A stretch of DNA of 64,000 nucleotides, taken from the IMG/VR virus record IMGVR_UViG_3300027724_000009; one strand, 5' to 3'. The notes beneath the pieces were generated by a model. It ran no database searches, was not told where the DNA came from, and saw nothing but the letters and a program-made list of their open reading frames with translations. Source of the DNA: an uncultured virus (IMG/VR IMGVR_UViG_3300027724_000009). Its lineage: Duplodnaviria > Heunggongvirae > Uroviricota > Caudoviricetes. Of this stretch, positions 1 through 8,804 are shown one piece after another; within the stretch, counting starts at the first letter, position 1; every line of letters begins with the position of its first letter. The position numbers were made by a program, and so were the translations under genes.

Positions 1-127
1 GCAGAAGGATGGGATGTTTGGGGTAACGAAACTGATAAATTTGAAGAAGAAAAAGGAGGGAAAATTTTTAATAATTCTTTTCCACCACAAAGTTTATTTG
101 GAGATGTATCGTAGCATTTCTTATAAC
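1..127 (+). repeat. Exact 127-bp direct repeat of 1971-2097 (3' end of MT-A70 gene through TTATAAC)
   Basis: Identical sequence; the copies diverge right after TAAC (GGTTTCGGG vs AGTCGTAT). Confidence 0.95.
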
Positions 128-243
128 GGTTTCGGGTTTGGCGAAGTGGCTGAACCTGATGCTAAATAGAATTACTAAACTTTAAAATTAAAAACGAATG
201 ATTGATAGAATTACTGAACAGCCATTTTGCCAAACCCGTGTTA
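124..243 (+). other. attC-like recombination hairpin 1
   Basis: TAAC-ggttt-CGGGTTTGGCGAAGTGGCTG ... CAGCCATTTTGCCAAACCCG-t-GTTA; 20-bp stem with G:T pairs. Confidence 0.65.
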
Positions 244-1013
244 TGTGCAGGGCGGTTGATAACCTTGAACTCCTTTTGTCGCAACCTGATGAAAGTGTAG
301 ATTTGATTTATTGTGATATACTTTACGGAACGGGCAGAAATTTTGGGGATTATCAGGACCTAAAACCGATTAGAAGTGAAATTGAAGCACATTATTTGCC
401 AAGATTAAAAGAAATGCACAGAGTATTAAAAAGCACAGGAAGTATTTATTTACAAATGGATACTAAAATAAACCATTGGATTAGATGCTTAATGGATGAA
501 GTTTTTGAATATGGTAATTTTAGAAATGAAATAATTTGGTGCTATTCGGGTGGTGGAAGAAAGAAAAAAGATTTTGCAGAAAAACACGATGTAATTTATA
601 GATATTCAAAAACTAAAAATTACACTTTTAATGAGGTTAGAATACCATACACAATAGGTGGTGGAACTGATACAGCATTGAAAAGCGGTAAAATAATGGA
701 TAAAAATATCAATGGTAAAGTACACAATTGGAAACCAAACGAAGAAGGTAAAATCCCTGAAGATTGGTGGTGTATTCCTTTTATTAATCCGATGAGTAAC
801 GAAAGGATTGGTTATTCAACACAAAAACCAAAGGCATTAGTTGAACGAATTATAAAAGCAAGTTCAAACGAAGGTGATACAGTTGCTGATTATTATTTAG
901 GTAGTGGCACAACCGCAGTAGTTTGTAAAGAACTTAACCGAAATTTTATAGGTTGCGACATTAATCCAAAGGCTATTGAAATCACAAATGCTCGTTTAGA
1001 TGCAGTTTCGTAG
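198..1013 (+). CDS. DNA methyltransferase, N6_N4_Mtase family (beta class)
   Basis: DLIYCDILY (variant of DPPY), STQKPKALVERIIKASSNEGD, DYYLGSGTT, FIGCDIN. Confidence 0.9.
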   Translation: MIDRITEQPFCQTRVMCRAVDNLELLLSQPDESVDLIYCDILYGTGRNFGDYQDLKPIRSEIEAHYLPRLKEMHRVLKSTGSIYLQMDTKINHWIRCLMDEVFEYGNFRNEIIWCYSGGGRKKKDFAEKHDVIYRYSKTKNYTFNEVRIPYTIGGGTDTALKSGKIMDKNINGKVHNWKPNEEGKIPEDWWCIPFINPMSNERIGYSTQKPKALVERIIKASSNEGDTVADYYLGSGTTAVVCKELNRNFIGCDINPKAIEITNARLDAVS

Positions 1014-1022
1014 CCTTGCACA

Positions 1023-1148
1023 TAACGGTTCGGGTATTGCCGAAGGCAGGGATTTGAAAGACAAAAGTTTCAACCTTGCACAAATACCCAATAGAAGTAC
1101 AAACGATTAATTAACCGAGAATGCCCTGCTTTTGGCAATACCTTGTTA
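1023..1148 (+). other. attC-like recombination hairpin 2
   Basis: TAAC-ggttc-GGGTATTGCCGAAGGCAGGG ... CCCTGCTTTTGGCAATACCT-t-GTTA. Confidence 0.65.
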
Positions 1149-1378
1149 GGTGCAGTGCTTCTCAGAAATTCAAAAATATGATTGAAATAATAACAGAAAA
1201 AGTAGAAATGCCAAGTCTAAGCACCAAAAGAAGGTTTCAAAAGATTTGCATAAATAACAAATGGGAAGTAATAGACACACATAATGAAAATAAGACAAGA
1301 TATAAAGGTGCTTATGAAGATGTGATGATTGCTTGTCATAATTTGAATAAGAAATTTTATCGTGACGGTGTCGTTTAG
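1121..1378 (+). CDS. Hypothetical cassette protein (start may be 1178)
   Basis: ORF fills the span between cassette inverted repeats. Confidence 0.6.
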   Translation: MPCFWQYLVRCSASQKFKNMIEIITEKVEMPSLSTKRRFQKICINNKWEVIDTHNENKTRYKGAYEDVMIACHNLNKKFYRDGVV

Positions 1379-1433
1379 CATTGCACCTAACTGCTGTTAT
1401 AAGAAGTGCGGTTAATTAAACGATAAATTTAAT

Positions 1434-2084
1434 ATGGAAACGGAAAGAAAAGAATTATTAAAAATGTGCGATGGCAAAAAATATAATGTTATTTATGCTG
1501 ACCCTGCTTGGAGATTTTCGCAAGGAATAAATAGGCGAAAAGACATAAGAGAAAAGTTTGGAACGAATGAGGAATTATCAATACAATATCCTACTATGTC
1601 CGATAAAGAAATAATTGAATTGAATGTAGCCGATTATGCTGATGATAATTGTGTTTTGTTTGTATGGACTACTGATGCTCATTTAGAAGTAGCAATAAAG
1701 GCAATAAATAATTGGGGGTTCAAATACAAAACCGTTGCTTTTACTTGGAACAAAAAGCGTGGTTTTATGGGTAAATGGACTGTAAAGCAATGTGAAATAT
1801 GCCTACTTGCTACAAAAGGAACAGCACATAAATTACTGAAATCTTTTAAGGAGAAATCATACTTGGAAGAAAATAAAACAGAACATAGTAAAAAGCCAAA
1901 CGAATTTAGAAAACGGATTGAACGAATGTTTGGCGATGTTCCAAAACTTGAAATGTTTGCACGAACAAGAGCAGAAGGATGGGATGTTTGGGGTAACGAA
2001 ACTGATAAATTTGAAGAAGAAAAAGGAGGGAAAATTTTTAATAATTCTTTTCCACCACAAAGTTTATTTGGAGATGTATCGTAG
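1434..2084 (+). CDS. MT-A70 family adenine methyltransferase
   Basis: YNVIYADPAW, YPTMS, LFVWTT, WGFKYKT, HSKKP, LEMFAR..GWDVWGNE. Confidence 0.92.
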   Translation: METERKELLKMCDGKKYNVIYADPAWRFSQGINRRKDIREKFGTNEELSIQYPTMSDKEIIELNVADYADDNCVLFVWTTDAHLEVAIKAINNWGFKYKTVAFTWNKKRGFMGKWTVKQCEICLLATKGTAHKLLKSFKEKSYLEENKTEHSKKPNEFRKRIERMFGDVPKLEMFARTRAEGWDVWGNETDKFEEEKGGKIFNNSFPPQSLFGDVS

Positions 2085-2093
2085 CATTTCTTA

Positions 2094-2172
2094 TAACAGT
2101 CGTATAAACGTAGTCCATGAATCCGGAAAGCAATCAAGTACCACATAACAGGATTACGGTTATACTTTGTTA
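2094..2172 (+). other. attC-like recombination hairpin 4 (array end)
   Basis: TAACAGTCGTATAAACGTAGTCC ... GGATTACGGTTATACTTTGTTA. Confidence 0.55.
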
Positions 2173-2227
2173 TAAAAAAACAGAACGATAATTTGGATAG
2201 CTATATAAACTTAATTAACTTTGAGCA

Positions 2228-2584
2228 ATGGCAATAACAACAGTGATTTTAAAAAATAGTGATGTTCCGAGTATGAATATCCTGCTCCGTATGCATTGGA
2301 CTAAACGTGCAAAGATGTTGGAACAGATACAATGGAAAATTCGCTCACAGACAGTTTCCCGGCACCCAGGTAAGGTGCGTATCGTATTCCACAGGTTTGC
2401 AGTGAAATTAATGGATTGGGATAACTATGCAGGTGCATTCAAATTCATAGGCGACGCATTGCATGGCAACAAGATTATCGTAGATGATAAACCTGCAATC
2501 GTGGTAGAGTTCATACCGAAACAAACACAGGTTGACACGTTGAAACAACAGAAAATTTTAGTAACAATAGAGGATATTATTTAA
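2228..2584 (+). CDS. RusA-like Holliday junction resolvase
   Basis: PSMN, DWDN..KFIGDAL....IIVDD acidic triad pattern. Confidence 0.65.
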   Translation: MAITTVILKNSDVPSMNILLRMHWTKRAKMLEQIQWKIRSQTVSRHPGKVRIVFHRFAVKLMDWDNYAGAFKFIGDALHGNKIIVDDKPAIVVEFIPKQTQVDTLKQQKILVTIEDII

Positions 2585-2605
2585 TCACCAATAAACAAAC
2601 ATTTT

Positions 2606-3259
2606 GTGCAGAAGTTATTTTCAAATGGAAAAATCTTAATGGCACCAGCAGGTACCGAATTAGACGAGGTAATCTCAAAGTTGGTAGAAAATGCCAAAGA
2701 GAATTACTCAAAGGAAATCGTATTCGACTTTGCAAAAGAGCCGTTTCCAAACTACATCATTCCGTCTGATGTTACATTCGACCAAATCAGAGAGTATTGT
2801 TATCCCGACATTACCTTAGAATTTAAGGTGGTAGGCAATGAAGTGACAGAATACCATTCTAACCAACTGAAAGAAATCAAATACACATTTACACCGGAGG
2901 AAAAATTGGAATTAGCAGACCGGTTATGTGAGTTCGAAAAAATGAGAGAGGAGCAAGAGGAAATGAAGAAAGCTGAAACGAAACGTCTTGCTGACATCGT
3001 TAAAAATACCGAAACGAATATATCGATCATTGCATCTAAGTATCGTGAGGGATATGAGTGGCGTAATGTAGATACGATTTTAGCATTTGACTTTGCTAAT
3101 AAGCAGAGAATTTACATGGAGCCTGGCACTCACGTTGTATTGCACGTTGAGGATTTGAAAGCTGAAGATTATCAGTTACAACTTAACCTCGATAACATGA
3201 CAACTCCGGTAGAGGAAAAGACTGAAGAACAGGTAACAGACGAGGACATCTTTAAATAA
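2606..3259 (+). CDS. Hypothetical protein (coiled-coil middle)
   Basis: Long ORF preceded by CACCAATAAAC leader motif. Confidence 0.7.
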   Translation: MQKLFSNGKILMAPAGTELDEVISKLVENAKENYSKEIVFDFAKEPFPNYIIPSDVTFDQIREYCYPDITLEFKVVGNEVTEYHSNQLKEIKYTFTPEEKLELADRLCEFEKMREEQEEMKKAETKRLADIVKNTETNISIIASKYREGYEWRNVDTILAFDFANKQRIYMEPGTHVVLHVEDLKAEDYQLQLNLDNMTTPVEEKTEEQVTDEDIFK

Positions 3260-3265
3260 TAGTAT

Positions 3266-3496
3266 ATGTTTATAGTAGCACTAATTTTTTCGTGGTTTCC
3301 AAGTGTGTTTATTTCACTCCGGTTCTTATTAGCAAAGGTTTATGCAAACCTGCAGAAAAAGAATGAAGCAGAGAACAATTTGGAATCACTGTTGATTATA
3401 AATACTGTAATGGTTGAGTTGGAAACATTGTCGAGATATTTTTTGTGGTACGGAATTACCGCAACTGTATTAATTTTAATTATTAAATACGTATAA
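3266..3496 (+). CDS. Small membrane protein
   Basis: Two hydrophobic segments; tight packing. Confidence 0.55.
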   Translation: MFIVALIFSWFPSVFISLRFLLAKVYANLQKKNEAENNLESLLIINTVMVELETLSRYFLWYGITATVLILIIKYV

Positions 3497-3497
3497 A

Positions 3498-3890
3498 ATG
3501 AAAACAGAAATAAAAAAAGAAATCTTTGCATTTGTAAAGCGTGATTGGATTTACATTGCAATATTCGCAGCAACATTGATAATTACAGGTATCGTATTTC
3601 GCATTCAGAGTTCAGCTGATAACACGAAAGAATTAAGTGGTATTATTAAGGCCATATATGCTGAAAAGCAAATGGTAATTGATAGCCTGACAAAACAGAA
3701 CAAACTCCTGCAAAGTAAGATAGATACGCTGACGTGGAGGAAAAATGTTATTACAAAAGAAATTGTTTACATAAAACAAAAACAGAATGGAATTATTAAA
3801 ACTACAAGCCAAAAGATTGCTGATGTTGATACTTTTGGTAGCGAAAGCATCATTAGGTATTTCTCAAATAAATCCTCCGGTAAAAATTAA
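3498..3890 (+). CDS. Membrane-anchored coiled-coil protein, possible spanin component
   Basis: N-terminal TM plus coiled coil; overlaps next gene. Confidence 0.45.
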   Translation: MKTEIKKEIFAFVKRDWIYIAIFAATLIITGIVFRIQSSADNTKELSGIIKAIYAEKQMVIDSLTKQNKLLQSKIDTLTWRKNVITKEIVYIKQKQNGIIKTTSQKIADVDTFGSESIIRYFSNKSSGKN

Positions 3891-4245
3891 TGATAAATTC
3901 TGTTTTGACAAACAGAGTACGTTGGAACTTATAAAAAGCGATATTAAAGCAAAGTCATACGATAGTTTACTTTTGACTTCATTGACTTATGAAAAATTAG
4001 TTGTAGAAAAAAATAATATTAATGACAGTATTATTTTAGATCAAGCAACACAAATAGATAATTTATCATTAATAGCTTCAGAAAAAGATAAACAAATTGT
4101 ACTTTTAAAGAACGAGAATAAAGCACTCAAAAAGGAAAACAGGAAAAGAAGAAGAAAGTTGTTTTTTTCAAACTTTACAATAGTAACCGGAGTAGCGATA
4201 GGTGTAACGACGTATGCAGTCATAAAAGCAAAATCAAAGAAATGA
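3787..4245 (+). CDS. Signal peptide, coiled coil and C-terminal TM; possible spanin component
   Basis: Topology and overlap with upstream gene. Confidence 0.45.
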   Translation: MELLKLQAKRLLMLILLVAKASLGISQINPPVKINDKFCFDKQSTLELIKSDIKAKSYDSLLLTSLTYEKLVVEKNNINDSIILDQATQIDNLSLIASEKDKQIVLLKNENKALKKENRKRRRKLFFSNFTIVTGVAIGVTTYAVIKAKSKK

Positions 4246-4496
4246 AATTAAATTTATCAGAGCATCAGATATTAGTTGCAGATTGCGTAACGATTGCAGA
4301 ATTTGTAAAGCAGTTGAGAGCAAGTACAGGCAATGAAAAGATTAATGCTTCCACTATCCATTATCATTTAAAAAATACTGATAATTTGGATTATGTAGAG
4401 GTAAATAATGTATTTCTTATTGTAGTAAACGATAAAGCAAAATCATTCAATCCTGGTAGTTATTATAAAGGCAGAATTAGTAAAATGGATTTATAA
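4242..4496 (+). CDS. Hypothetical protein
   Basis: ATGA overlap; followed by terminator. Confidence 0.6.
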   Translation: MKLNLSEHQILVADCVTIAEFVKQLRASTGNEKINASTIHYHLKNTDNLDYVEVNNVFLIVVNDKAKSFNPGSYYKGRISKMDL

Positions 4497-4530
4497 ATTT
4501 TTGGTTATTTATTAAGTTTTTTTAGTTCTT

Positions 4531-4558
4531 ATGCACCTCGAAAGAGGTGCATTTTTTT
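4531..4558 (+). terminator. Intrinsic terminator
   Basis: ATGCACCTC-GAAA-GAGGTGCAT followed by T tract. Confidence 0.85.
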
Positions 4559-4580
4559 GTTTAAAATATTTCTCAGATAG

Positions 4581-4626
4581 TTTGTATAATTGTATAAATT
4601 AAGTATTTTTGTCTAAGCAACAAAAC
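4581..4626 (+). promoter_or_regulatory. Bacteroidota-type promoter with TTGTATA tandem repeat
   Basis: TTTGTATAATTGTATAAATT..TATTTTTG..AGCAACAA. Confidence 0.6.
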
Positions 4627-4635
4627 AAAGTTTAT

Positions 4636-5469
4636 ATGAGTTACAGAGTACCAACACCAAACACAAATTTCGACCTTGAAACAACAGGAACGAACGTATT
4701 AACTGATAGAATCGTACAGATTGCATTGGTTTACACAAACAGTATCGGAATGAGAGATACAAGAAATATCCTCATTAATCCCGGAATACCTATACCGGTA
4801 GATGCAACAGACGTACATGGCATAACAGATGAAATGGTGAAAGATGCATCGACGTTTCCTGAAATAGCAAACGACATCTTTCAGTACATGGTAGATGTTA
4901 CGTTGATAGGCTTCAATATTAAGAATTTTGACATTCCATTACTGAAAGAGGAGTTCAAAAGATGTGGTATTGATTGGGATGTACCAAAAGATATTATCGA
5001 CGTGTTCCAAATGGATAAAGCATTGTACCGTCGTACCCTGAATAACGTTTACAAGCAACATACCGGTTTAGATATTGACGGAGCGCATGATGCTTTAAAT
5101 GATGTATATGCAGTAGATGTAATCCTGCAGTCCATGGTTAAATATAATAATACCGAAGTACAAAATTTTTTAACAACAAGTAAGGACCAGGTGGATATAG
5201 CCGGTAAGTTCTTATTGGATGAGGTAGGAAATATCGTATTCGGATTTGGTAAGTTTCAGGGTAATCAAGTAAGTAAACATATCCAATACGTGCAATGGAT
5301 GAACCAACAGGAATTTTTTACTGCAGATACAAAAGACTTCTGTAAAAAAATATTGGCCGGAGCATTTCGTGTTGAGCAGCTGACAAATAAACCTGCAGAG
5401 GTAGTGGATGAGGCCAAAGAAAAAATATTGAGAGATTTAGAAAACGCTGAAGTAGATCCGTTCGCATGA
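4636..5469 (+). CDS. DEDDh 3'-5' exonuclease (DNA Pol III epsilon-like)
   Basis: FDLETTG, VHGITDEMV, GFNIKNFD, AHDALND; C-terminal FGFGKFQG. Confidence 0.9.
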   Translation: MSYRVPTPNTNFDLETTGTNVLTDRIVQIALVYTNSIGMRDTRNILINPGIPIPVDATDVHGITDEMVKDASTFPEIANDIFQYMVDVTLIGFNIKNFDIPLLKEEFKRCGIDWDVPKDIIDVFQMDKALYRRTLNNVYKQHTGLDIDGAHDALNDVYAVDVILQSMVKYNNTEVQNFLTTSKDQVDIAGKFLLDEVGNIVFGFGKFQGNQVSKHIQYVQWMNQQEFFTADTKDFCKKILAGAFRVEQLTNKPAEVVDEAKEKILRDLENAEVDPFA

Positions 5470-6047
5470 CAACAGATGTAACCGCATACGACAACTGCAT
5501 ATCTACCTATTCAGGTTTGAGGTTTGATTTTATCAATCCACGTCCTGACATGGTGAACGTATTGGATATATGCAAAGGATTAGCCAATAAGCCACATTTT
5601 TCAGGACAAACACCGGAGTTCTTTAGCATTGCAGAGCATTGCATACTCGTTGAGAGTTTGCTACCTTATGACGCAGAGCCGGAGGAACGTTTATGTGCAT
5701 TGATACATGACGGTAGTGAGGCTTACCTGCCTGACATGATTAAACCGATAAAGCTATTACTACCATTATTCAAGGACATTGAGGATGGAGTACAGTCGTG
5801 TATTTTCGATTATTTTGGTTTGGATGAGCGTTACATGAAAAGAATTAAGAAATACGATATTATGGCACAACAGATTGAGTATAACGTATTTTATTTTAAT
5901 CATGCAACTTTAGCTAATAATTACCATATTTGTTATCTGAAACCCAAAGATGCATATTTAGCCTACATCAAACGTTTATTCTACATTTTACAAACTATAA
6001 AATACGACAGTAATGGCACTAAAAAAAAGTATTCAATCATTCAGTAA
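5466..6047 (+). CDS. HD-domain phosphohydrolase (YfbR/YfdR-like 5'-deoxynucleotidase)
   Basis: FSIAEHC, LIHDGSEAYLPDMIKPIK. Confidence 0.85.
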   Translation: MTTDVTAYDNCISTYSGLRFDFINPRPDMVNVLDICKGLANKPHFSGQTPEFFSIAEHCILVESLLPYDAEPEERLCALIHDGSEAYLPDMIKPIKLLLPLFKDIEDGVQSCIFDYFGLDERYMKRIKKYDIMAQQIEYNVFYFNHATLANNYHICYLKPKDAYLAYIKRLFYILQTIKYDSNGTKKKYSIIQ

Positions 6048-7599
6048 CGTCGAATCTATTGAGATTGACAAAATAGTACACAATGGGAACTATCGAAAAC
6101 ATATTGACGAGGAGAAAATCATTGAATTAGCAGAATCAATGAAATCGGTGCAACTTCTGCATCCGATTATGGTAAGAGATACCGGCAAAGGTAAATATCA
6201 TTTAGTATTTGGTGAGCGTAGGTTGTTGGCTGCGAAGTCCCTGGGTTGGGAAAAAATTGACTCCCGAATTATTCAGAATGTAAAACCTGATAAGTTAGTA
6301 GAGATACAGCTGATAGAAAACGTGCAGAGAGAGCAACCACACCCTATTGACGAGAGTGAAACGTTTGTGCAGTTGACGAAAATAACCTCCGTAGAGCAGA
6401 TTGCATCAACCATTGGTGTATCGGAGCAGTATGTATATGACCGAATACACTTAAAGAGCCTGAATGCAGAGATAAAGCGTTTATTTAAAGACAGCCACAT
6501 TACCCTCCACCATTGTTTACAGTTTGCAAAATTGCAAAACGCAAAACAGTTGGAACTTCTCGAACGTATAAAGTACAATGTACCATACAATGAAAAGGAG
6601 GGAGAACACCGGTTTGCATACCGTTCAGTGAAAGAAATGCGACGTATCATTGAAAAGGAGTTTGTATGCTTACTGACAAAGGCACCTTTTGACATTGAGG
6701 ATAAAAGATTGAATAAAAGCGCCGGCAGTTGTATTAACTGCATGAAACGTTCTGGAGCCAACAGGACATTGTTTGGTGACGTGCAGAGCGACGATTTGTG
6801 TTTTGATACCAAATGTTTTTGGAAGAAAACGTCTGCAAAGCTGACTACATTAGAGAAACAGTTAGTGGATGCAGGTAATACCGTTATCCGTATAGATACG
6901 TCTTTAATTCCGGATGAGAATGAGCACGAAAACCTGGTATCACTTACAGAGGTACATCAAATTCCTGAAAATGAAGTAGATAACATCGATTCCAAGTTAT
7001 TCGGTATCATCTTCAGTTCAGACAATATTCAGTTGTTAGGTACAGTAATTAAACTTTATGAGAAAGTGCCTGAAGTTAATGAAGTGGAAACAATAATACA
7101 TAATGAACCGGTTAAAGCGACTGTTACGCCTAGTCAAAAGCGTATGGAAAACGTTAAAATAAAGAATGGCCGTATTTCCCTTAAAAATAAACTGAAAGAG
7201 GAGGTTGGTTTTATGTTAGGAGCAAAAGAATTGGATAAAATGCCTGTTTCAATCCTGAAAATGCTATTTTATAATATCATTGCATTCAATGAGGTATCTG
7301 AATTGTTGGAAAATTTAAAATGGAAATATGACGGAATGCCGGTGAATAGTCCTGAAATTATAGAGTTGGACATTATGAAACTTGTCAATGAGAACGTCAA
7401 TAATCAGTCGTATGAGCGAGTTTTAATGGAAATGATGATATTTATTGTATTCGTGACTATTGAGAACAATCAGGTGTATGAAAGCACATTTAAACCGATT
7501 TTTGAATTAGCCAAAGATATAGGTGTAGATGTGGAGGCATTGGAAAATACAACATCTGAAGATTTTGCCATTACAATTCAGCAATTATTGAATGAGTAA
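6013..7599 (+). CDS. ParB/RepB/Spo0J family protein with Cys-rich domain
   Basis: LLHPIMVR, VFGERRLLAA, LIENVQRE; GSCINC..LC....CF. Confidence 0.88.
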   Translation: MALKKSIQSFSNVESIEIDKIVHNGNYRKHIDEEKIIELAESMKSVQLLHPIMVRDTGKGKYHLVFGERRLLAAKSLGWEKIDSRIIQNVKPDKLVEIQLIENVQREQPHPIDESETFVQLTKITSVEQIASTIGVSEQYVYDRIHLKSLNAEIKRLFKDSHITLHHCLQFAKLQNAKQLELLERIKYNVPYNEKEGEHRFAYRSVKEMRRIIEKEFVCLLTKAPFDIEDKRLNKSAGSCINCMKRSGANRTLFGDVQSDDLCFDTKCFWKKTSAKLTTLEKQLVDAGNTVIRIDTSLIPDENEHENLVSLTEVHQIPENEVDNIDSKLFGIIFSSDNIQLLGTVIKLYEKVPEVNEVETIIHNEPVKATVTPSQKRMENVKIKNGRISLKNKLKEEVGFMLGAKELDKMPVSILKMLFYNIIAFNEVSELLENLKWKYDGMPVNSPEIIELDIMKLVNENVNNQSYERVLMEMMIFIVFVTIENNQVYESTFKPIFELAKDIGVDVEALENTTSEDFAITIQQLLNE

Positions 7600-8062
7600 G
7601 TTCAGCCTATCAGTGAATGAAGAAAATCTTTTTCGTTCATCTTTGAAGATAGGAAACGGATTGACTGTTTCATGTGAAACAATCGGTAAGCACCCCAAAG
7701 ATGTATCGGAACACCTCAAAAACAATGAGGCGTTTCTGAATTTGTGTAAATCCGACCTGGGAGTGGTAAACAATGCGATCATTGCAATTAATACCAACCT
7801 GTTAGTTGACGAGAAGTTTGACAAGTTCCTGCAGACTAAGGAGAGAGCCAAAGTAGTCATTACCACAATAGTTTTTTGGGAGGAGTATTGCCTCCGGAAA
7901 GAAGTTACCGCGGATAAAGTGGTAAAAGTAGTTCATTTGTATAAGGGATTAGGTGATTGCGCGACGTCGGTAGGTATGCTTACCTCTGAATTTAAGGAGT
8001 ATATTATGGCAGATGAGAAATTAGCAATGTATATTTATACTAACCAAATATTCATATTCTAA
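7592..8062 (+). CDS. Hypothetical protein (possible HTH)
   Basis: Overlap-coupled ORF. Confidence 0.6.
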   Translation: MSKFSLSVNEENLFRSSLKIGNGLTVSCETIGKHPKDVSEHLKNNEAFLNLCKSDLGVVNNAIIAINTNLLVDEKFDKFLQTKERAKVVITTIVFWEEYCLRKEVTADKVVKVVHLYKGLGDCATSVGMLTSEFKEYIMADEKLAMYIYTNQIFIF

Positions 8063-8553
8063 TGAAACATACTAAAAAAACCGACCGGGATTACAAGCAT
8101 TGGACTGATAGCGACATAGAAACGCTGACGTTGAATTATATCGATAAAACAAATAGTGAGTTGGCAATCTTATTAAATAGGAATGCAGATACAATACGGA
8201 AACAGTTAAATAAACTGAAGCTGAAACGTCCTCTGAAGTCTGAAATAAAGAAAATTGAGAAGAAAGTCAAAAAGGTTGACTTTTTTTCATGCCTAAATTC
8301 CGGCAGAAAGATATTGGAGCAGGAGAAACGTAAAGCCGAGGCTATCAGAAAACGTGATGAGCGGATGAAACAGGAGAAAAAGTGGGCCGACGGATTTTTA
8401 GAAAAAGAAAAACCGGTATTTGTACCGAGGAACATACCACGAAAGCCGGTAATTGTGAATGATAGAACAGTGATTTATGTAGATGCATCATTGAACGAGG
8501 AGCAGGTACAGGCAGTAGTACAGAAATTCATTGAAAAAACTAAATGGATGTAA
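8062..8553 (+). CDS. HTH-like DNA-binding protein
   Basis: WTDSDIETL...ELAILLNRNADTIRKQL. Confidence 0.6.
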   Translation: MKHTKKTDRDYKHWTDSDIETLTLNYIDKTNSELAILLNRNADTIRKQLNKLKLKRPLKSEIKKIEKKVKKVDFFSCLNSGRKILEQEKRKAEAIRKRDERMKQEKKWADGFLEKEKPVFVPRNIPRKPVIVNDRTVIYVDASLNEEQVQAVVQKFIEKTKWM

Positions 8554-8801
8554 TGCAGGAACAGTTCTCTGATAATATTGAAAATATTGACGATGTATTC
8601 AAGTCATACGGACTACAATCAGAAACGATTGAATTGGTATTCGTACAAAGTTTACTGAAGAATATTAAACCTGACTTACAGTTTGGTATGTGCGATAAGT
8701 TGGCAGAGCGGATATGTATAGATACCATGCTCCACAAAATCAGTCAATTCAATATGGCAATGGAAAAGGAACACGATTTACTAATAAAGCAAAAACAGTA
8801 A
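8544..8801 (+). CDS. Hypothetical protein
   Basis: Coupled ORF. Confidence 0.55.
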   Translation: MDVMQEQFSDNIENIDDVFKSYGLQSETIELVFVQSLLKNIKPDLQFGMCDKLAERICIDTMLHKISQFNMAMEKEHDLLIKQKQ

Positions 8802-8804
8802 CGT

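Noticed and set aside
114..2172. CRISPR array or IS/MITE
   Set aside because: Repeats are cassette-specific inverted pairs around whole genes; no constant direct repeat, transposase or target duplication
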